Numbered from the stretch's first letter, positions 43,101 to 52,971 are shown. The stretch is 64,000 bases of DNA from a virus (IMGVR_UViG_2690316121_000006), one strand, 5' to 3'. The notes: generated by a model from the sequence alone, not told the origin. Numbers and translations are program-made.

Positions 43101-43594
43101 GCAATGTGTATGTTGATACACCTATGCCAGTTGAAGAGGCACGTCCGGTGGCCAACAACTCAAGTTACTTTGACCAGCTCGGCGCACAAATGGGGATTGA
43201 TGGACTGTATGACAAACTCATTAATGCCCGGGGAATGCGCTCAAATAATTCTCCTCAACCAGCTTCCACGTCCCAGATGACGACTGTCGCCAACGATTTG
43301 CAGCAACCAACCGGTCGTATGCAGATAGACGGACAGGTTATTAGTGACCTTGGCGGCTCCGGTGCCAAGCCGACAATGCAGTTGGCTGATAATACCGTTT
43401 CACTTGATGGTGAAACGAAGCGGCTGTTTGCGCAGATGACCTCATTGCTTGCCAGGATTGAAGAGCACACTAAAGACTCGGCGAAAGGCCAGGGAACTGT
43501 CGTAAAGGTCAGCACGCCTCAACCGGGCGTTATGCGCACGGTGCCACTGTCAATTGATGATCCGTTGATGAATGACTACGCGAGAGTTGATTGA
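40151..43594 (+). CDS. large virion protein with soluble lytic transglycosylase domain (tape-measure/injection type, Sit-like)
   Basis: 1147 aa; Gly-rich hydrophobic middle; SLT signature ...TESGGDPNAKS...GALGMFQF...AITAYNAG... near residue 770. Confidence 0.75.
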   Translation: MERKNANIDDVIRTVETASAKELEELAGIREAVEDLKGGRVATVDPVSRSVSALNRTIENSRPDFVANAPSVDPIVEAMKRLNLGDVSRVVQEDVAQQEQRAKSTTPKGKKRRRKAIPEDVKAQRTEAAEHAREMFGQKGGAQKSQNQRDARGRFIGKSGSKAAAEDARAERAEKARRKEDDERLNAESGLLKKLSKVAEGIGNPSETRAVDALGYAVAGPLWAAGKELGGISKEVGGSLNGARKSIADVIRGNDDNSRRKGFFRRKSQSSADVVQVNTQKRTVQELQDQTSEIKEGNDKILSALDQIAKNTGKKKGGLLSKLFSLLGKGAGGIASLIFGRGALKKVGSMALGALGIKKVASLLGFGGKKAAAKEAGELATRGAGKLATKGLEKLGVKAFAKGALRAIPLVGTVAGGIYDAVTGWNDTEAQRRTFGLKDGEDPSFQQKAAYTLANVLDMGGLVSGISNAIGGVLKSLGFEDIGNMLQSFSTESIAQAIDSGITNLETYISNLGDTISTTFNDYTAKIGDAISAWFSDTTKSLNEKLDAIKDFFTVDNLKKVFSDAIDSAIDFIKNPGKYIKEAGSNLWNAAKELPGKVADAAVQSTPVAWVASKLVNKADAKEVTPELKTPAKESQEDNAPKTEYTPKKANIVTRVVNASLETAKDSNKTVKETANQIINANAVETGNRALQKIDNAIGQNSSSSSSLNTTGTRNDIQKAADTYNNGNLDVKVGSLGAEGKANLDKLAPYFAELENKYGLPEGTLYSIAATESGGDPNAKSPLTRSPDGKLSGGALGMFQFTSIARKETGISEQDAFDPVKSAEAAALLMSKYLKQANGDLNEAITAYNAGFGTINKWKKGTGDLSKENREYAIKVNTHRARYLGGEIYTPRAGTQGGRPQQSGQSPRMDNLPENAFVDQSTGLAFTPGQNPFEKGGLVDRIGELTGVNDLASKFLNGRGMRREVVQGTLEERARGRGTATAAGNVYVDTPMPVEEARPVANNSSYFDQLGAQMGIDGLYDKLINARGMRSNNSPQPASTSQMTTVANDLQQPTGRMQIDGQVISDLGGSGAKPTMQLADNTVSLDGETKRLFAQMTSLLARIEEHTKDSAKGQGTVVKVSTPQPGVMRTVPLSIDDPLMNDYARVD

Positions 43595-43950
43595 TGGCCA
43601 ACAATAACGAAATTGATCCTTTACTGACGCTGGAGTTATCCGGCGTAAAAACGTATGAGTCCCAGGAGGAGGCCTGGGGCGCTCGTTTATATGAGTGGCT
43701 AAACACTTATCAGGGTGAGGTATACGGAGATCCGTCATGGGGCAATGTTTTACCGCAGTTTAAACACGAACCGACCAACTTGTCGCATGTTCAAATTGCG
43801 GTTGAGGCAATGCTGTTGCAAAAACTGACGGTAGATTTACCTGACATACCGATTTCTGGCTTGTCAGTAGCCGAGGGAGATGCTTTTGATAAGTTGAAAA
43901 TATCCATTCGTATCAGGGATATAACTATCACACAGGACGTGGTGCTATGA
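43591..43950 (+). CDS. baseplate wedge protein, gpW/gp25-like
   Basis: 119 aa, size and position immediately after the transglycosylase protein; translationally coupled. Confidence 0.4.
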   Translation: MMANNNEIDPLLTLELSGVKTYESQEEAWGARLYEWLNTYQGEVYGDPSWGNVLPQFKHEPTNLSHVQIAVEAMLLQKLTVDLPDIPISGLSVAEGDAFDKLKISIRIRDITITQDVVL

Positions 43951-45380
43951 GTAAAACAACACCGACTAAAGACAGTATTCGTGCAGAGTTTGAAGAGCTT
44001 GTCGAGAAAGATTCATTCTGGTCGAAGTTTGTCGGCTCTCAATTTGTCTCGATGCTGACATTGTTTATTACCCAGATTGTCTACAGGTGCTTTCAGTATG
44101 CCGATGCGGCGCTGGCTGAAGGCTTTATATCGACCGCGACGCGGCGTTCCTCTATCCTGGCAGCGGCAGAAACGAATAGTTACGTTGGTACCAAGCCAAC
44201 ACCGTCATCGGGGATGATTGAGATCACCGCCACAAGTGAAGATGCCCCAGCGGTAATCCCCAAAAACATGCCTTTAATATCTGACGACCAGTATCCTTAC
44301 ATGACTATGGATGTATGCAGGTTGGTTGACGGCACCGGTACGGTAGAAGTGGCACAGTTGGAAATCCAGGAGGTGACATATACCGTTACGGCAGCCAAAG
44401 AATTTCTGGAAGTCGTGTTATCAAAGGCTCTCACTGCTGTCTGCTATAAGCTGGAAGTATTCGTGACGACCGATGGTAAGACCACGCAGTGGTCTTCCAG
44501 CACTATGTTCCGGTTAGCCGGTAGTAAAAGCCAGGTCTACGTTGAGTTTTATAAACCATCCGAACAGTTGGGTGTCCGATTCGGCGATGGGCTAATTGGG
44601 CAAATACCGCCAGAAGGCTCGACAATTACGCTTAAGGTATGGTGCACCAACGGCGATATAACCCTGGTTGCTGGCCAAAACCTGACGCCTGTCGATTCTG
44701 CGGCTAATTTAGCTAATTTGATTTCAGTTAAGACAACGACACCTATAACCGCAGGTACCGATGCTGAAACAACGGAGATCACACGTAACCGTGCACAATA
44801 TTACCTTGCCTATGATGATCAGGTCGTATGGGGCGGGGACTATACGTATTTTCTTGTTCGTAACATCCCGGGGCTGTCCTGGGTAAAGGCATGGGGCGAA
44901 GGCCAGCAAGAGAAATTAGATGGTGCTTATAATGTTCAGAATATCAATAAGATATTTATTTCAGGATGGCATCCAAATAAAAGCCAGTCAGAGCTTGAAG
45001 AAATGATCCTGACTGCCTTTAAGAAGGTACCGAATGAACTGAACAAGAAATTCTCTTATAAAGAGGTCAGAAAACTACCATTTAAGATAACCATCACCGG
45101 ACGGATATCGGCAAGCCTGACCATTGAGAATGTGACCGATGAGCTGAAGTCGGCACTGGAAACAAAATTTGGGCGCGACTCAACTTTCTTTGATCCGAAT
45201 CGCGTCGGAAAGTACATCCTGATTAAGAAAAAAGACGTTTGGGCTTTTATAGAAACGCTGGGTTATTTCCGCGACTTTTATCTGGAATTTGTCGAGTGGA
45301 ATGAGTCCAACGGCTTTTACGATTTCGTTTATCTGGATACAGAAAACTCCACCTTTAATATTTCGTATGAGGAGGAGTGA
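43947..45380 (+). CDS. baseplate protein, gpJ-like
   Basis: 477-aa ORF, coupled to neighbours. Confidence 0.4.
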   Translation: MSKTTPTKDSIRAEFEELVEKDSFWSKFVGSQFVSMLTLFITQIVYRCFQYADAALAEGFISTATRRSSILAAAETNSYVGTKPTPSSGMIEITATSEDAPAVIPKNMPLISDDQYPYMTMDVCRLVDGTGTVEVAQLEIQEVTYTVTAAKEFLEVVLSKALTAVCYKLEVFVTTDGKTTQWSSSTMFRLAGSKSQVYVEFYKPSEQLGVRFGDGLIGQIPPEGSTITLKVWCTNGDITLVAGQNLTPVDSAANLANLISVKTTTPITAGTDAETTEITRNRAQYYLAYDDQVVWGGDYTYFLVRNIPGLSWVKAWGEGQQEKLDGAYNVQNINKIFISGWHPNKSQSELEEMILTAFKKVPNELNKKFSYKEVRKLPFKITITGRISASLTIENVTDELKSALETKFGRDSTFFDPNRVGKYILIKKKDVWAFIETLGYFRDFYLEFVEWNESNGFYDFVYLDTENSTFNISYEEE

Positions 45381-46216
45381 TGCAGCGTTCCTGGTTTAAT
45401 AACCGGCTTACATCAGCTAAGCAAAAGTCATTGCTCTATAAATCATTGGCTGATTTGGTTCAGTCAATGATGGATACCTTTGTTGACCCATGGTTGGAGC
45501 GAATTACCAACCGGAAGTCTATTTTTTCCATGAGCAAGGAGGATCTGGAGACCAGGACAAATGAACTTGGCCAGTTCTTTACTATCAGAACGTCGAACTC
45601 ATCTTCCGTTCCGATGTTGTTACAACAGCGTCTTGATGAGATTCACTTTAAGGGGACTGAACGCCCTATAAACCAGACAATTTACCGCGAATTTAACGGT
45701 ATTTCTGTTTTATGGGATCCGATATATGCACCGGTGGACCTTGAGCGTCATCCCTATGGCACGGTTCTAATACCAGAAAGCACACTGGAAACTACCGGCG
45801 GCACATTCGGCGAGATGTTTCTGACTTCCAGAGGGATGATCAGTATTCCCATAAACGACCTGGCCCGGACAATGGGGATTACTGGCACGATAGATCAGTC
45901 CGCAATTACAGAAGAAATTCTCAGAAAGTTTAATCAGTTCGTAAAGCCTCTACTGCCACTGCATATAGTGTTTGATGGGCTTACGCTCTATTTGTCGGTT
46001 GTTGTAAATGAACAGGCCGACATGATCACTTTGAACGAGATTTCTGATACCGAAAAAGCATTCTGCTGGTTTGAAACTTCGGATACAACTTCGCTTACTG
46101 GAGTTACGTCGATTAGCGCCCCGATCACCGCAACGCCTGGTGGCACTATTGTGAAAGCGACACCTACGTTTGATCGCACACGCGCAGATGATTTGTTGCT
46201 GGATAGCGACGCCTGA
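45377..46216 (+). CDS. baseplate/tail-fibre attachment protein
   Basis: 279-aa ORF. Confidence 0.4.
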   Translation: MMQRSWFNNRLTSAKQKSLLYKSLADLVQSMMDTFVDPWLERITNRKSIFSMSKEDLETRTNELGQFFTIRTSNSSSVPMLLQQRLDEIHFKGTERPINQTIYREFNGISVLWDPIYAPVDLERHPYGTVLIPESTLETTGGTFGEMFLTSRGMISIPINDLARTMGITGTIDQSAITEEILRKFNQFVKPLLPLHIVFDGLTLYLSVVVNEQADMITLNEISDTEKAFCWFETSDTTSLTGVTSISAPITATPGGTIVKATPTFDRTRADDLLLDSDA

Positions 46217-46294
46217 CAATCACCCCGTCCGCAGGGCGGGGTGACAAGTTACTTCTCTTACAATGAGGCTTCACAACATTGATTAGGGAAAATC

Positions 46295-46729
46295 ATGTCT
46301 GACGTCTCAACAAACCTCTATAAGAGTCAGTTGTTGGACTATTACTATCAGCGGCGCGCTGAATCGTCCATTAACAAAGGCTCTCGATTTTTAATCAGCA
46401 AGGCCGTTTTCGGTACCAGTTCACTGGTTACTAAGAAAGGAGATGGCACTTATGAGATTGGAGAACTGCCAAAGGCTTTCGATCTGGCAGAACTGACCAG
46501 TCAATTTTGCACCATCAACCTCGTCCCAACCTACTCAGGCGGGATAATTACTGTCCGAATGGACCTTGATCAAAGCCAGTTGCAGGAAGGGAAAAACTAC
46601 CCATTCAACACTCTGGTTGTTCTGGATAACGAGAACAAGCCAATCGCCATTATTTGTGTCCAGGAAGACTCGCTGTATGTGGGCAAAACATATACCGCAG
46701 TTATGGCCATAAACACGACTACAGCATAA
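46295..46729 (+). CDS. tail-fibre-proximal protein
   Basis: 144-aa ORF directly upstream of the fibre gene. Confidence 0.4.
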   Translation: MSDVSTNLYKSQLLDYYYQRRAESSINKGSRFLISKAVFGTSSLVTKKGDGTYEIGELPKAFDLAELTSQFCTINLVPTYSGGIITVRMDLDQSQLQEGKNYPFNTLVVLDNENKPIAIICVQEDSLYVGKTYTAVMAINTTTA

Positions 46730-46740
46730 GGATATGCTTG

Positions 46741-49700
46741 ATGAATGACGTTACAGTTGTCACATCGGTTACTTACCCATCACCCGAGTCGTTGGCTCTG
46801 GTGGCTGATGTGCAATACCACGAACCATATCTGTCAGCCGCGCTAAACCGAAAATTCAGGGGGATTGTTGACCCGGGATTTTATGCCGGTTTCTTACCTA
46901 AGCCTGGCGGTGGGATGAACCTGTTAATCACCTCAGTGGATGGTGATAAAACCGCAGGCGCGGCGTCGGTGGATATTGGTGAATTCTACCAGGTAACTAT
47001 TCAGCAACGTAAGGATATTTCTCTTGCACTTAGTGCAGGCAAGAAATATGCAATTGTGCTGAAGGGAAGATACCTCCTTGGAGAAGATACCTATCAGGTG
47101 AATACCGCGTCACATATTCATGCGGCTGAATTTGTTTCCAGAACCTATACCGATTCATATCAGTTAGGAGATGGGGAGCTGCTTGTTTGTACGGTGAATA
47201 TCCCTGCTGGTGTATCTGCCATTACCCAGGAGATGATTGATACATCCGAGCGTATTAACCGCACGATCGGCATTGATATTTCAGACTCTGTAACCAGTAG
47301 CAGAAGTGATGTTGCGGCAAGTTCGCTGGCAGTTAAAAAAGCCTACGATCTGGCGAAAAGTAAGTATACGGCGCAGGATGCAAGCACAACGCAAAAGGGA
47401 TTAGTTCAGCTCAGTAGCGAAACTAACAGCGACAGCGAAACAATGGCTGCTACCCCTAAAGCAGTTAAGTCTGTAAAAGATCTTGCTGATACCAAAGCGC
47501 CAATAGAAAGCCCGAGTCTGACAGGAACGCCAACCGCGCCGACGGCAGCGCAAGGTACAAATAGCACGCAGATCGCAAATACAGCCTTTGTTAAGGCAGC
47601 TATAACGGCACTTATCAACGGCGCACCTGGCACACTGGATACGCTTAAAGAAATAGCTGCTGCGATCAATAACGACCCGAATTTCAGCACAACTATCAAC
47701 AATGCTCTGGCTCTTAAAGCTCCTTTAGCAAGTCCTGCATTAACGGGAATACCTACTGCGCCTACCGCTGCACAGGGTACGAATAACACGCAGATTGCTA
47801 CGACCGCTTATGTAAGAGCTGCCATATCCGCATTGGTTGGTTCATCACCAGAAGCTCTTGATACCCTGAATGAGCTTGCCGCAGCACTTGGTAATGACCC
47901 TAACTTTGCGACAACAATGACAAATGCGCTGGCAGGCAAACAGCCTCTGGATGCAACTTTAACCGCGCTTGCTGGTCTTGCTACAGGTGCAAATAAATTG
48001 CCGTACTTTACCGGTACAGACACTGTTTCTCAGACTGACTTAACGTCAGTCGGTCGCGATATTCTGGCCAAAACAAGCGTCCTTGCTGTTATCCAATACC
48101 TTGGTTTAAGAGAACTCGGTACCAGCGGTGAAAAGATCCCCCTGTTGAGCACGGCTAACACATGGAGTGCACGCCAGACTTTCAACGGCGGGATCACCGG
48201 GGCGCTGGCAGGGAATGCCGACACCGCGACGAAATTGAAAACAGCACGCTCGATTGGCGGTGTGGCATTTGATGGCTCGGCCAATATCAATCTTCCAGGT
48301 GTAAATACAACAGGTAACCAGAACACCACGGGGAATGCTGCTACCGCGACAAAACTTGCGACGGCAAGAAACATCAACGGTGTTAAATTTGATGGTTCTG
48401 TGGACATTTCGATACCAACAATTACGTCCAGAGGGCGTGTTACTGCGCTCACCGGTACAACACAAGGTGCTGCTACTGGATTGCAAATGTATGAGGCGTA
48501 CAACAACGGCTATCCTTCTGCTTACGGGAATGTGCTTCATCTTAAGGGCGCAACGGCAGTTGGTGAAGGTGAGTTGTTCATAGGTTGGAGCGGTACAAGT
48601 GGCGCTCATGCACCTGTACATGTACGTTCGCGACGAGATACTGATACAGCCAGTTGGTCAGAGTGGGCGCAGGTCTACACATCGAAGGATTCCATCCCTG
48701 GTGTAAATACCACGGGCAACCAGAACACAACCGGAAACGCGGCGTCTGCAACGAAATTACAAACGGCAAGAACTATTGGTGGTGTTTCATTTAATGGCAC
48801 CGCAAACATCGACCTGCCGGGCGTGAATAAAACAGGCAATCAGAGCACTACCGGCAATGCAGCTACAGCCACAAAACTGCAAACAGCACGCACCATTAAT
48901 GGGGTTTCATTTGACGGAACGGCTAATATTTCGCTGTCACCGGCAAATATTGGTTGCCCGGCATCTCCTACTGGTTGGCTTGAAACAGGTGATAATGGAG
49001 CATCAATAACAACAGAGCAATTAGTGACTCTGCTACGAGATAATGGTGCTTTTAATGCAAAGGTATGGATAGCGCGTTGTGCTTGGGCGTATGCAAATAG
49101 TGCATCCATACCAGACAGCGAAACAGGATGCGGCATTATTCCACTGGCTGGCGCAGTTATTGAGGTGTTTAATAACGGCAGTAGCTCAAACAATTATACG
49201 ATTCGTATAACAACGGCAACAACGACAAGCGTTTCTGGCGCACTCACTAATGCGGAGTTTGTCTATGTGTTTAACGGGACGAGCTATTCACCAGGATGGC
49301 GCAGAGCGTATAACACTAAAAACAAACCTACTGCGGCTGATGTCGGAGCTTTACCACTATCTGGAGGAGCGTTAACTGGCGGATTAACTGCTGCTGGCGA
49401 GATTATTTCCAAATCGGCGAATGGTCTTCGTATTGCCTATGGCAACTATGGATTCTTTATCCGAAACGATGGTTCAAGCACATACTTCATGTTGACCGCC
49501 TCGGGTGACAATCTTGGAACATGGAATAGTTTAAGACCGCTTACCATTAACAACGCCAACGGGGCTGTTTCAATCGGTAATGGACTCAATGTAACTGGCG
49601 ATATAAGAACCAATGCATGGGTATATGCAAACAGATTTTCTGTTAATAGCAGCTCAGGTTCTTGGATTAGTATGCGAGATCAAAATGTTATTTTTGGTCT

Positions 49701-50154
49701 TAATAAGGTATCAACCAGTTCCGCCCAGGCATTATTAAGACAAGACCATGCTGACAGAAAGTTCTTTATTGGTGGTCTTGGTAATAGTCAATTCGGCTTT
49801 TACATGATTAACAACTCAAGAACAGCAAATGGTACAGATGGCCAAGCATTTCTTGATAGCAGTGGTAACTTCCAGTGCGGCAGGCAAATACTTCCAGCTA
49901 ACTATAGTAATTTTGACTCGCGCTACGCATTAAAAACGGCTTGTGTGACAAGCGTAAGAATGGGATCTGCTGCCAGTTATAAACCATCAAGCAATGGTGT
50001 TTCCTGGACTCAGAATCTAGGAAGCGGACTGGTTATGACAGGTATTATTGTTCAAGAAACAGGAAGTAATTCAGCTGACAATATCGGTGGTATTTATTAT
50101 CGACCGGTTCAATATTGTATCAATGGAACATGGTACACAGCAGCATCAGTATAA
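46741..50154 (+). CDS. tail fibre protein (constant N-terminal part plus invertible C-terminal part)
   Basis: ATG 46741 after RBS; multiple ~18-aa repeats (PGVNTTGNQNTTGNAATATKLQTAR...); C-terminal 220 aa lie inside the invertible segment and have a reverse-strand alternative. Confidence 0.8.
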   Translation: MNDVTVVTSVTYPSPESLALVADVQYHEPYLSAALNRKFRGIVDPGFYAGFLPKPGGGMNLLITSVDGDKTAGAASVDIGEFYQVTIQQRKDISLALSAGKKYAIVLKGRYLLGEDTYQVNTASHIHAAEFVSRTYTDSYQLGDGELLVCTVNIPAGVSAITQEMIDTSERINRTIGIDISDSVTSSRSDVAASSLAVKKAYDLAKSKYTAQDASTTQKGLVQLSSETNSDSETMAATPKAVKSVKDLADTKAPIESPSLTGTPTAPTAAQGTNSTQIANTAFVKAAITALINGAPGTLDTLKEIAAAINNDPNFSTTINNALALKAPLASPALTGIPTAPTAAQGTNNTQIATTAYVRAAISALVGSSPEALDTLNELAAALGNDPNFATTMTNALAGKQPLDATLTALAGLATGANKLPYFTGTDTVSQTDLTSVGRDILAKTSVLAVIQYLGLRELGTSGEKIPLLSTANTWSARQTFNGGITGALAGNADTATKLKTARSIGGVAFDGSANINLPGVNTTGNQNTTGNAATATKLATARNINGVKFDGSVDISIPTITSRGRVTALTGTTQGAATGLQMYEAYNNGYPSAYGNVLHLKGATAVGEGELFIGWSGTSGAHAPVHVRSRRDTDTASWSEWAQVYTSKDSIPGVNTTGNQNTTGNAASATKLQTARTIGGVSFNGTANIDLPGVNKTGNQSTTGNAATATKLQTARTINGVSFDGTANISLSPANIGCPASPTGWLETGDNGASITTEQLVTLLRDNGAFNAKVWIARCAWAYANSASIPDSETGCGIIPLAGAVIEVFNNGSSSNNYTIRITTATTTSVSGALTNAEFVYVFNGTSYSPGWRRAYNTKNKPTAADVGALPLSGGALTGGLTAAGEIISKSANGLRIAYGNYGFFIRNDGSSTYFMLTASGDNLGTWNSLRPLTINNANGAVSIGNGLNVTGDIRTNAWVYANRFSVNSSSGSWISMRDQNVIFGLNKVSTSSAQALLRQDHADRKFFIGGLGNSQFGFYMINNSRTANGTDGQAFLDSSGNFQCGRQILPANYSNFDSRYALKTACVTSVRMGSAASYKPSSNGVSWTQNLGSGLVMTGIIVQETGSNSADNIGGIYYRPVQYCINGTWYTAASV
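49471..49588. repeat. left inverted repeat of the invertible segment (contains crossover site)
   Basis: 49471-49560 is the reverse complement of 51907-51996 with a single mismatch at the inner end; homology then decays. Confidence 0.75.
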
Positions 50155-50165
50155 TGAGAGAGCAT

Positions 50166-50681
50166 ATGAATAACTTTAAAAATTTCGCACCATATACGCC
50201 AGGCGAAGATAAAAGAGAGCTTGTTGATGCAGGAGTTTTATTCCTGTTGGATGAAAACGGTAACGACTGGTATGAATGTCAGAAGTTATTTTCGGAATGT
50301 ACAAAGGTAATTGCGTATGATAGCAACAACATCGTTGTCAGCATTACAGATGATGTCTCAACCCTTTGGCCCATAGGATTATCTGTAGCAGAAGTGGATG
50401 GTTTACCTGAAGATGTAGATATCAACGGTGGTTGGGTGTTTAGAGACAACTCTGTTGTTAAACGCATATATTCTGATACGGAGTTACAACAGCAAGCTGA
50501 ATCAAAAAAGGCCGCCTTGCTTTCACACGCCGAATCAGTAATTGTAACTCTTGAGCGGGCGGTTAAATTGAATATGGCAACAGATGAGGAACGAGCTAAA
50601 CTGGAAGCATGGGAGCATTATAGCGTGTTGGTTTATCGCGTAGATACAGCTAAACCAGAATGGCCAGAAGAACCGGAGTGA
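50166..50681 (+). CDS. tail fibre assembly protein
   Basis: ATG 50166 (ORF track 50115); MNNFKNFAPYTPGEDKRELVDAGVLFL... paralogous to the reverse-strand copy. Confidence 0.6.
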   Translation: MNNFKNFAPYTPGEDKRELVDAGVLFLLDENGNDWYECQKLFSECTKVIAYDSNNIVVSITDDVSTLWPIGLSVAEVDGLPEDVDINGGWVFRDNSVVKRIYSDTELQQQAESKKAALLSHAESVIVTLERAVKLNMATDEERAKLEAWEHYSVLVYRVDTAKPEWPEEPE

Positions 50682-50682
50682 A

Positions 50683-50714
50683 GTGAAGGCCCGATTTATC
50701 GGGCCTTCACTTTT
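50683..50714. terminator. bidirectional intrinsic terminator
   Basis: GTGAAGGCCCGAT-TT-ATCGGGCCTTCAC with TTTT, between convergent assembly genes. Confidence 0.55.
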
Positions 50715-51270
50715 AACCTGGCTCAGTAGGCCAGACGATCGCATTGAAACTGGCTTTATCTGTTATTGTGTTGAAATCTAATGCATTAACTGCATCAATA
50801 TAGTCCAGCCAGGCGTCAAGAGAAGACTGTTCATCTTCAGATAATATTCTGCCGCGTAGTAATTTTGTCTGGCTAATCACGAGTTGTTGACGTGCGTTGT
50901 TAAGTAGCTCAGTGCGTCTTGATTCCGCCATAGCTTTTAACTCATCTGCGGTTCTTACTCTTTCAACCACATTTTTTCCGTCAAACATCCAGTTCCCGTT
51001 AATATCTACTCCATCAGGCAGGATTTCTATTTCTGCTACAGATGCTCCCACTGGCCAGAGTGTTGAAACATCGTTTGAAATACTCACAACAATATTATCG
51101 CTGTCATAAACTATCTTTATCGTGTTCTCATGAAAAAATTTCTGACATTCATACCAGTCATTACCGTTTTCATCACGTAAAAATACAACTCCTGCTTCAA
51201 CAAGCTCTGACTTATCTTCATCTGGGGTGTAGGATGTGAACTTTTTAAAATTAATCATCGTTTGATCCAT
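50713..51270 (-). CDS. tail fibre assembly protein (alternative orientation)
   Basis: 185 aa; MINFKKFTSYTPDEDKSELVEAGVVFL... Confidence 0.6.
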   Translation of the reverse strand: MDQTMINFKKFTSYTPDEDKSELVEAGVVFLRDENGNDWYECQKFFHENTIKIVYDSDNIVVSISNDVSTLWPVGASVAEIEILPDGVDINGNWMFDGKNVVERVRTADELKAMAESRRTELLNNARQQLVISQTKLLRGRILSEDEQSSLDAWLDYIDAVNALDFNTITDKASFNAIVWPTEPG

Positions 51271-51276
51271 TAATAA

Positions 51277-51978
51277 TCATGCTGTGGCTGCTGTATACCA
51301 AGTTCCATTAATGCAATACTGTAAAGGCCTCAATCTTGCTGGGTCGTCACCATCAACTTCACCAATAATCCCAAGCCCTGTAATGACATAGCCAGCAGTT
51401 TCAAACATCGTGCCTTTCTGCATGGTATGAGTTTTATATGCCCCAAGTCTGACGCTAGTCACACAAGCCGTCTTTAATGCGTAGCGCGAGTCAAAATTAC
51501 TATAATTAGAGGGGGACACCTGACCATTTACAGCAAATGTTATACTGTTATCAGTATTTCTCTGACTATAAAAATGCCATCCTGAATCATCACCTAATTC
51601 AGCTACAACAGGACGAGTAGAGGCACCCCATAGATTAAAGGTTACGTTCTTAGTGGATGTGTTTGAACTTGATAATGAAAAAGTTTTACTATCTCCGACC
51701 AGCAATTTTTTTAAAGAAAAAGCTGCATCATTCTTAAAGCGGAATACTCGCTGACTATTAGCGTAAACATCAAGAATGCCATCACCATTCTGTTTAAAAC
51801 CAGTATCATTATCGCCAAGGACGATAGAGTTACCACCAAGAGCATTTGCAGTACCCAGACCAACAGAACCATAAACAGTTAAACCATTACCGATTGAAAC
51901 AGCACCATTGGCGTTGTTAATGGTAAGCGGTCTTAAACTATTCCATGTTCCAAGATTGTCACCCGAGGCGGTCAACAT
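51277..51978 (-). CDS. alternative tail-fibre C-terminal segment
   Basis: Begins MLTASGDNLGTWNSLRPLTINNANGAVSIGNGL, identical to the fibre gene at the left repeat, ends ...LQYCINGTWYTAATA like the forward copy. Confidence 0.65.
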   Translation of the reverse strand: MLTASGDNLGTWNSLRPLTINNANGAVSIGNGLTVYGSVGLGTANALGGNSIVLGDNDTGFKQNGDGILDVYANSQRVFRFKNDAAFSLKKLLVGDSKTFSLSSSNTSTKNVTFNLWGASTRPVVAELGDDSGWHFYSQRNTDNSITFAVNGQVSPSNYSNFDSRYALKTACVTSVRLGAYKTHTMQKGTMFETAGYVITGLGIIGEVDGDDPARLRPLQYCINGTWYTAATA

Positions 51979-51996
51979 GAAGTATGTGCTTGAACC
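51879..51996. repeat. right inverted repeat of the invertible segment
   Basis: Reverse complement of 49471-49588; outer flank TGTGCTTGAACC-AA-GGTTTAGGATTG (51985-52010) resembles Hin-family crossover sites. Confidence 0.75.
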
Positions 51997-52001
51997 AAGG
52001 T

Positions 52002-52562
52002 TTAGGATTGAAATGATGACGCCGGAAACTTCTTATAAAGCGTGGAAACAGCCACATCATAGATGATTGCAACCTGCTTACGGGGGATGCCCTTCTCCAG
52101 CAATCGCCGCATTTGCTGCAATGTTTCTTCTTGGTATTTAGGCCGACGCCCACCTATACGACCTTCTGCGCGAGCTGCATCAAGTCCAGCGCGTGTACGT
52201 TCAACGATAAGCTCACGTTCCATTTCTGCCAGCGCCCCCATTACGTGAAAGAAAAAGCGCCCCATTGGTGTACTGGTGTCGATGGAGTCAGTGAGACTCC
52301 GGAAGTTAATGCCTCTGTCACGCAGCTCTTCCACCAGCACAACTAAGTGACGCATGCTGCGCCCAAGACGGTCTAACTTCCATACGACCAGGGTATCACC
52401 TCTGGAAAGCATACGGAGTACCTTTTTTAACCCAGGGCGCTCAGCCTTTTTGCCGCTCGCCTTGTCCTCAAAAATTAGCTCACATCCTGCGCTTTCAAGA
52501 GCATTTCGTTGTAAAGCAGTGTTTTGTTCATTTGTTGATACGCGTACATAGCCTATTAGCAT
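52002..52562 (-). CDS. cin: serine DNA invertase, Hin/Gin/Cin family
   Basis: 186 aa; MLIGYVRVSTNEQNTALQ... with catalytic Ser region and C-terminal HTH, near-collinear with Gin. Confidence 0.9.
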   Translation of the reverse strand: MLIGYVRVSTNEQNTALQRNALESAGCELIFEDKASGKKAERPGLKKVLRMLSRGDTLVVWKLDRLGRSMRHLVVLVEELRDRGINFRSLTDSIDTSTPMGRFFFHVMGALAEMERELIVERTRAGLDAARAEGRIGGRRPKYQEETLQQMRRLLEKGIPRKQVAIIYDVAVSTLYKKFPASSFQS

Positions 52563-52689
52563 ATTTTCTGCTCACTATCGTTATTTATAGCAAGCTGCGG
52601 ATTTTAATTAACAAAAACCTGTGTGTGTGGAAATCACAAAGTACATACCGTTTCCCAATGATATTTAATTCACTATTAAGGAAATAGTT

Positions 52690-52971
52690 ATGTGTGATTT
52701 CACAATAATGCTCCTCTCTATCCTTGGCGGGGTGCATTCGTTTCTGAATGGGGTTCGTGAAAAACGTTACGAAGCGTCATGCAGGCAATTGATGGCCGAG
52801 TGTATTGCTGCCGTACTTGCAGGCTTTATAGGCATGTATTTCGCGGAATATAAGGGTATGGATGAAAGTCTTCAGAATTGCGTGACTATTATTTGCAGCA
52901 TCAATAACAGGCTCATTCTTGAAAAGTTACAAAGGATTATCGATTCGTACCTCAATAGAAATGCCTCTTAA
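52690..52971 (+). CDS. small membrane protein, holin-like paralog
   Basis: 93 aa; two hydrophobic helices; similar to the next ORF. Confidence 0.4.
   Translation: MCDFTIMLLSILGGVHSFLNGVREKRYEASCRQLMAECIAAVLAGFIGMYFAEYKGMDESLQNCVTIICSINNRLILEKLQRIIDSYLNRNAS

Larger units (their letters stand above)
49471..51996. mobile_element. Cin/Gin-type invertible tail-fibre segment
   Basis: Bounded by the inverted repeats; contains two alternative fibre C-termini and two fibre-assembly genes in opposite orientations; serine invertase gene adjacent. Confidence 0.75.

Noticed and set aside
45425-45441. Operator-like ATTGCTCTATAAATCAT
   Set aside because: Inside a late CDS, with a one-base shift relative to the consensus.
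47406-48621. Several reverse ORFs (71-171 aa) inside the tail-fibre gene
   Set aside because: Artefacts of the repetitive Gly/Thr/Ala-rich fibre coding sequence read antisense.
48290-48900. Regularly spaced nucleotide repeats, checked as a possible CRISPR array
   Set aside because: Repeats are in-frame and encode ~18-aa fibre repeats; spacers are not unique; no cas genes.
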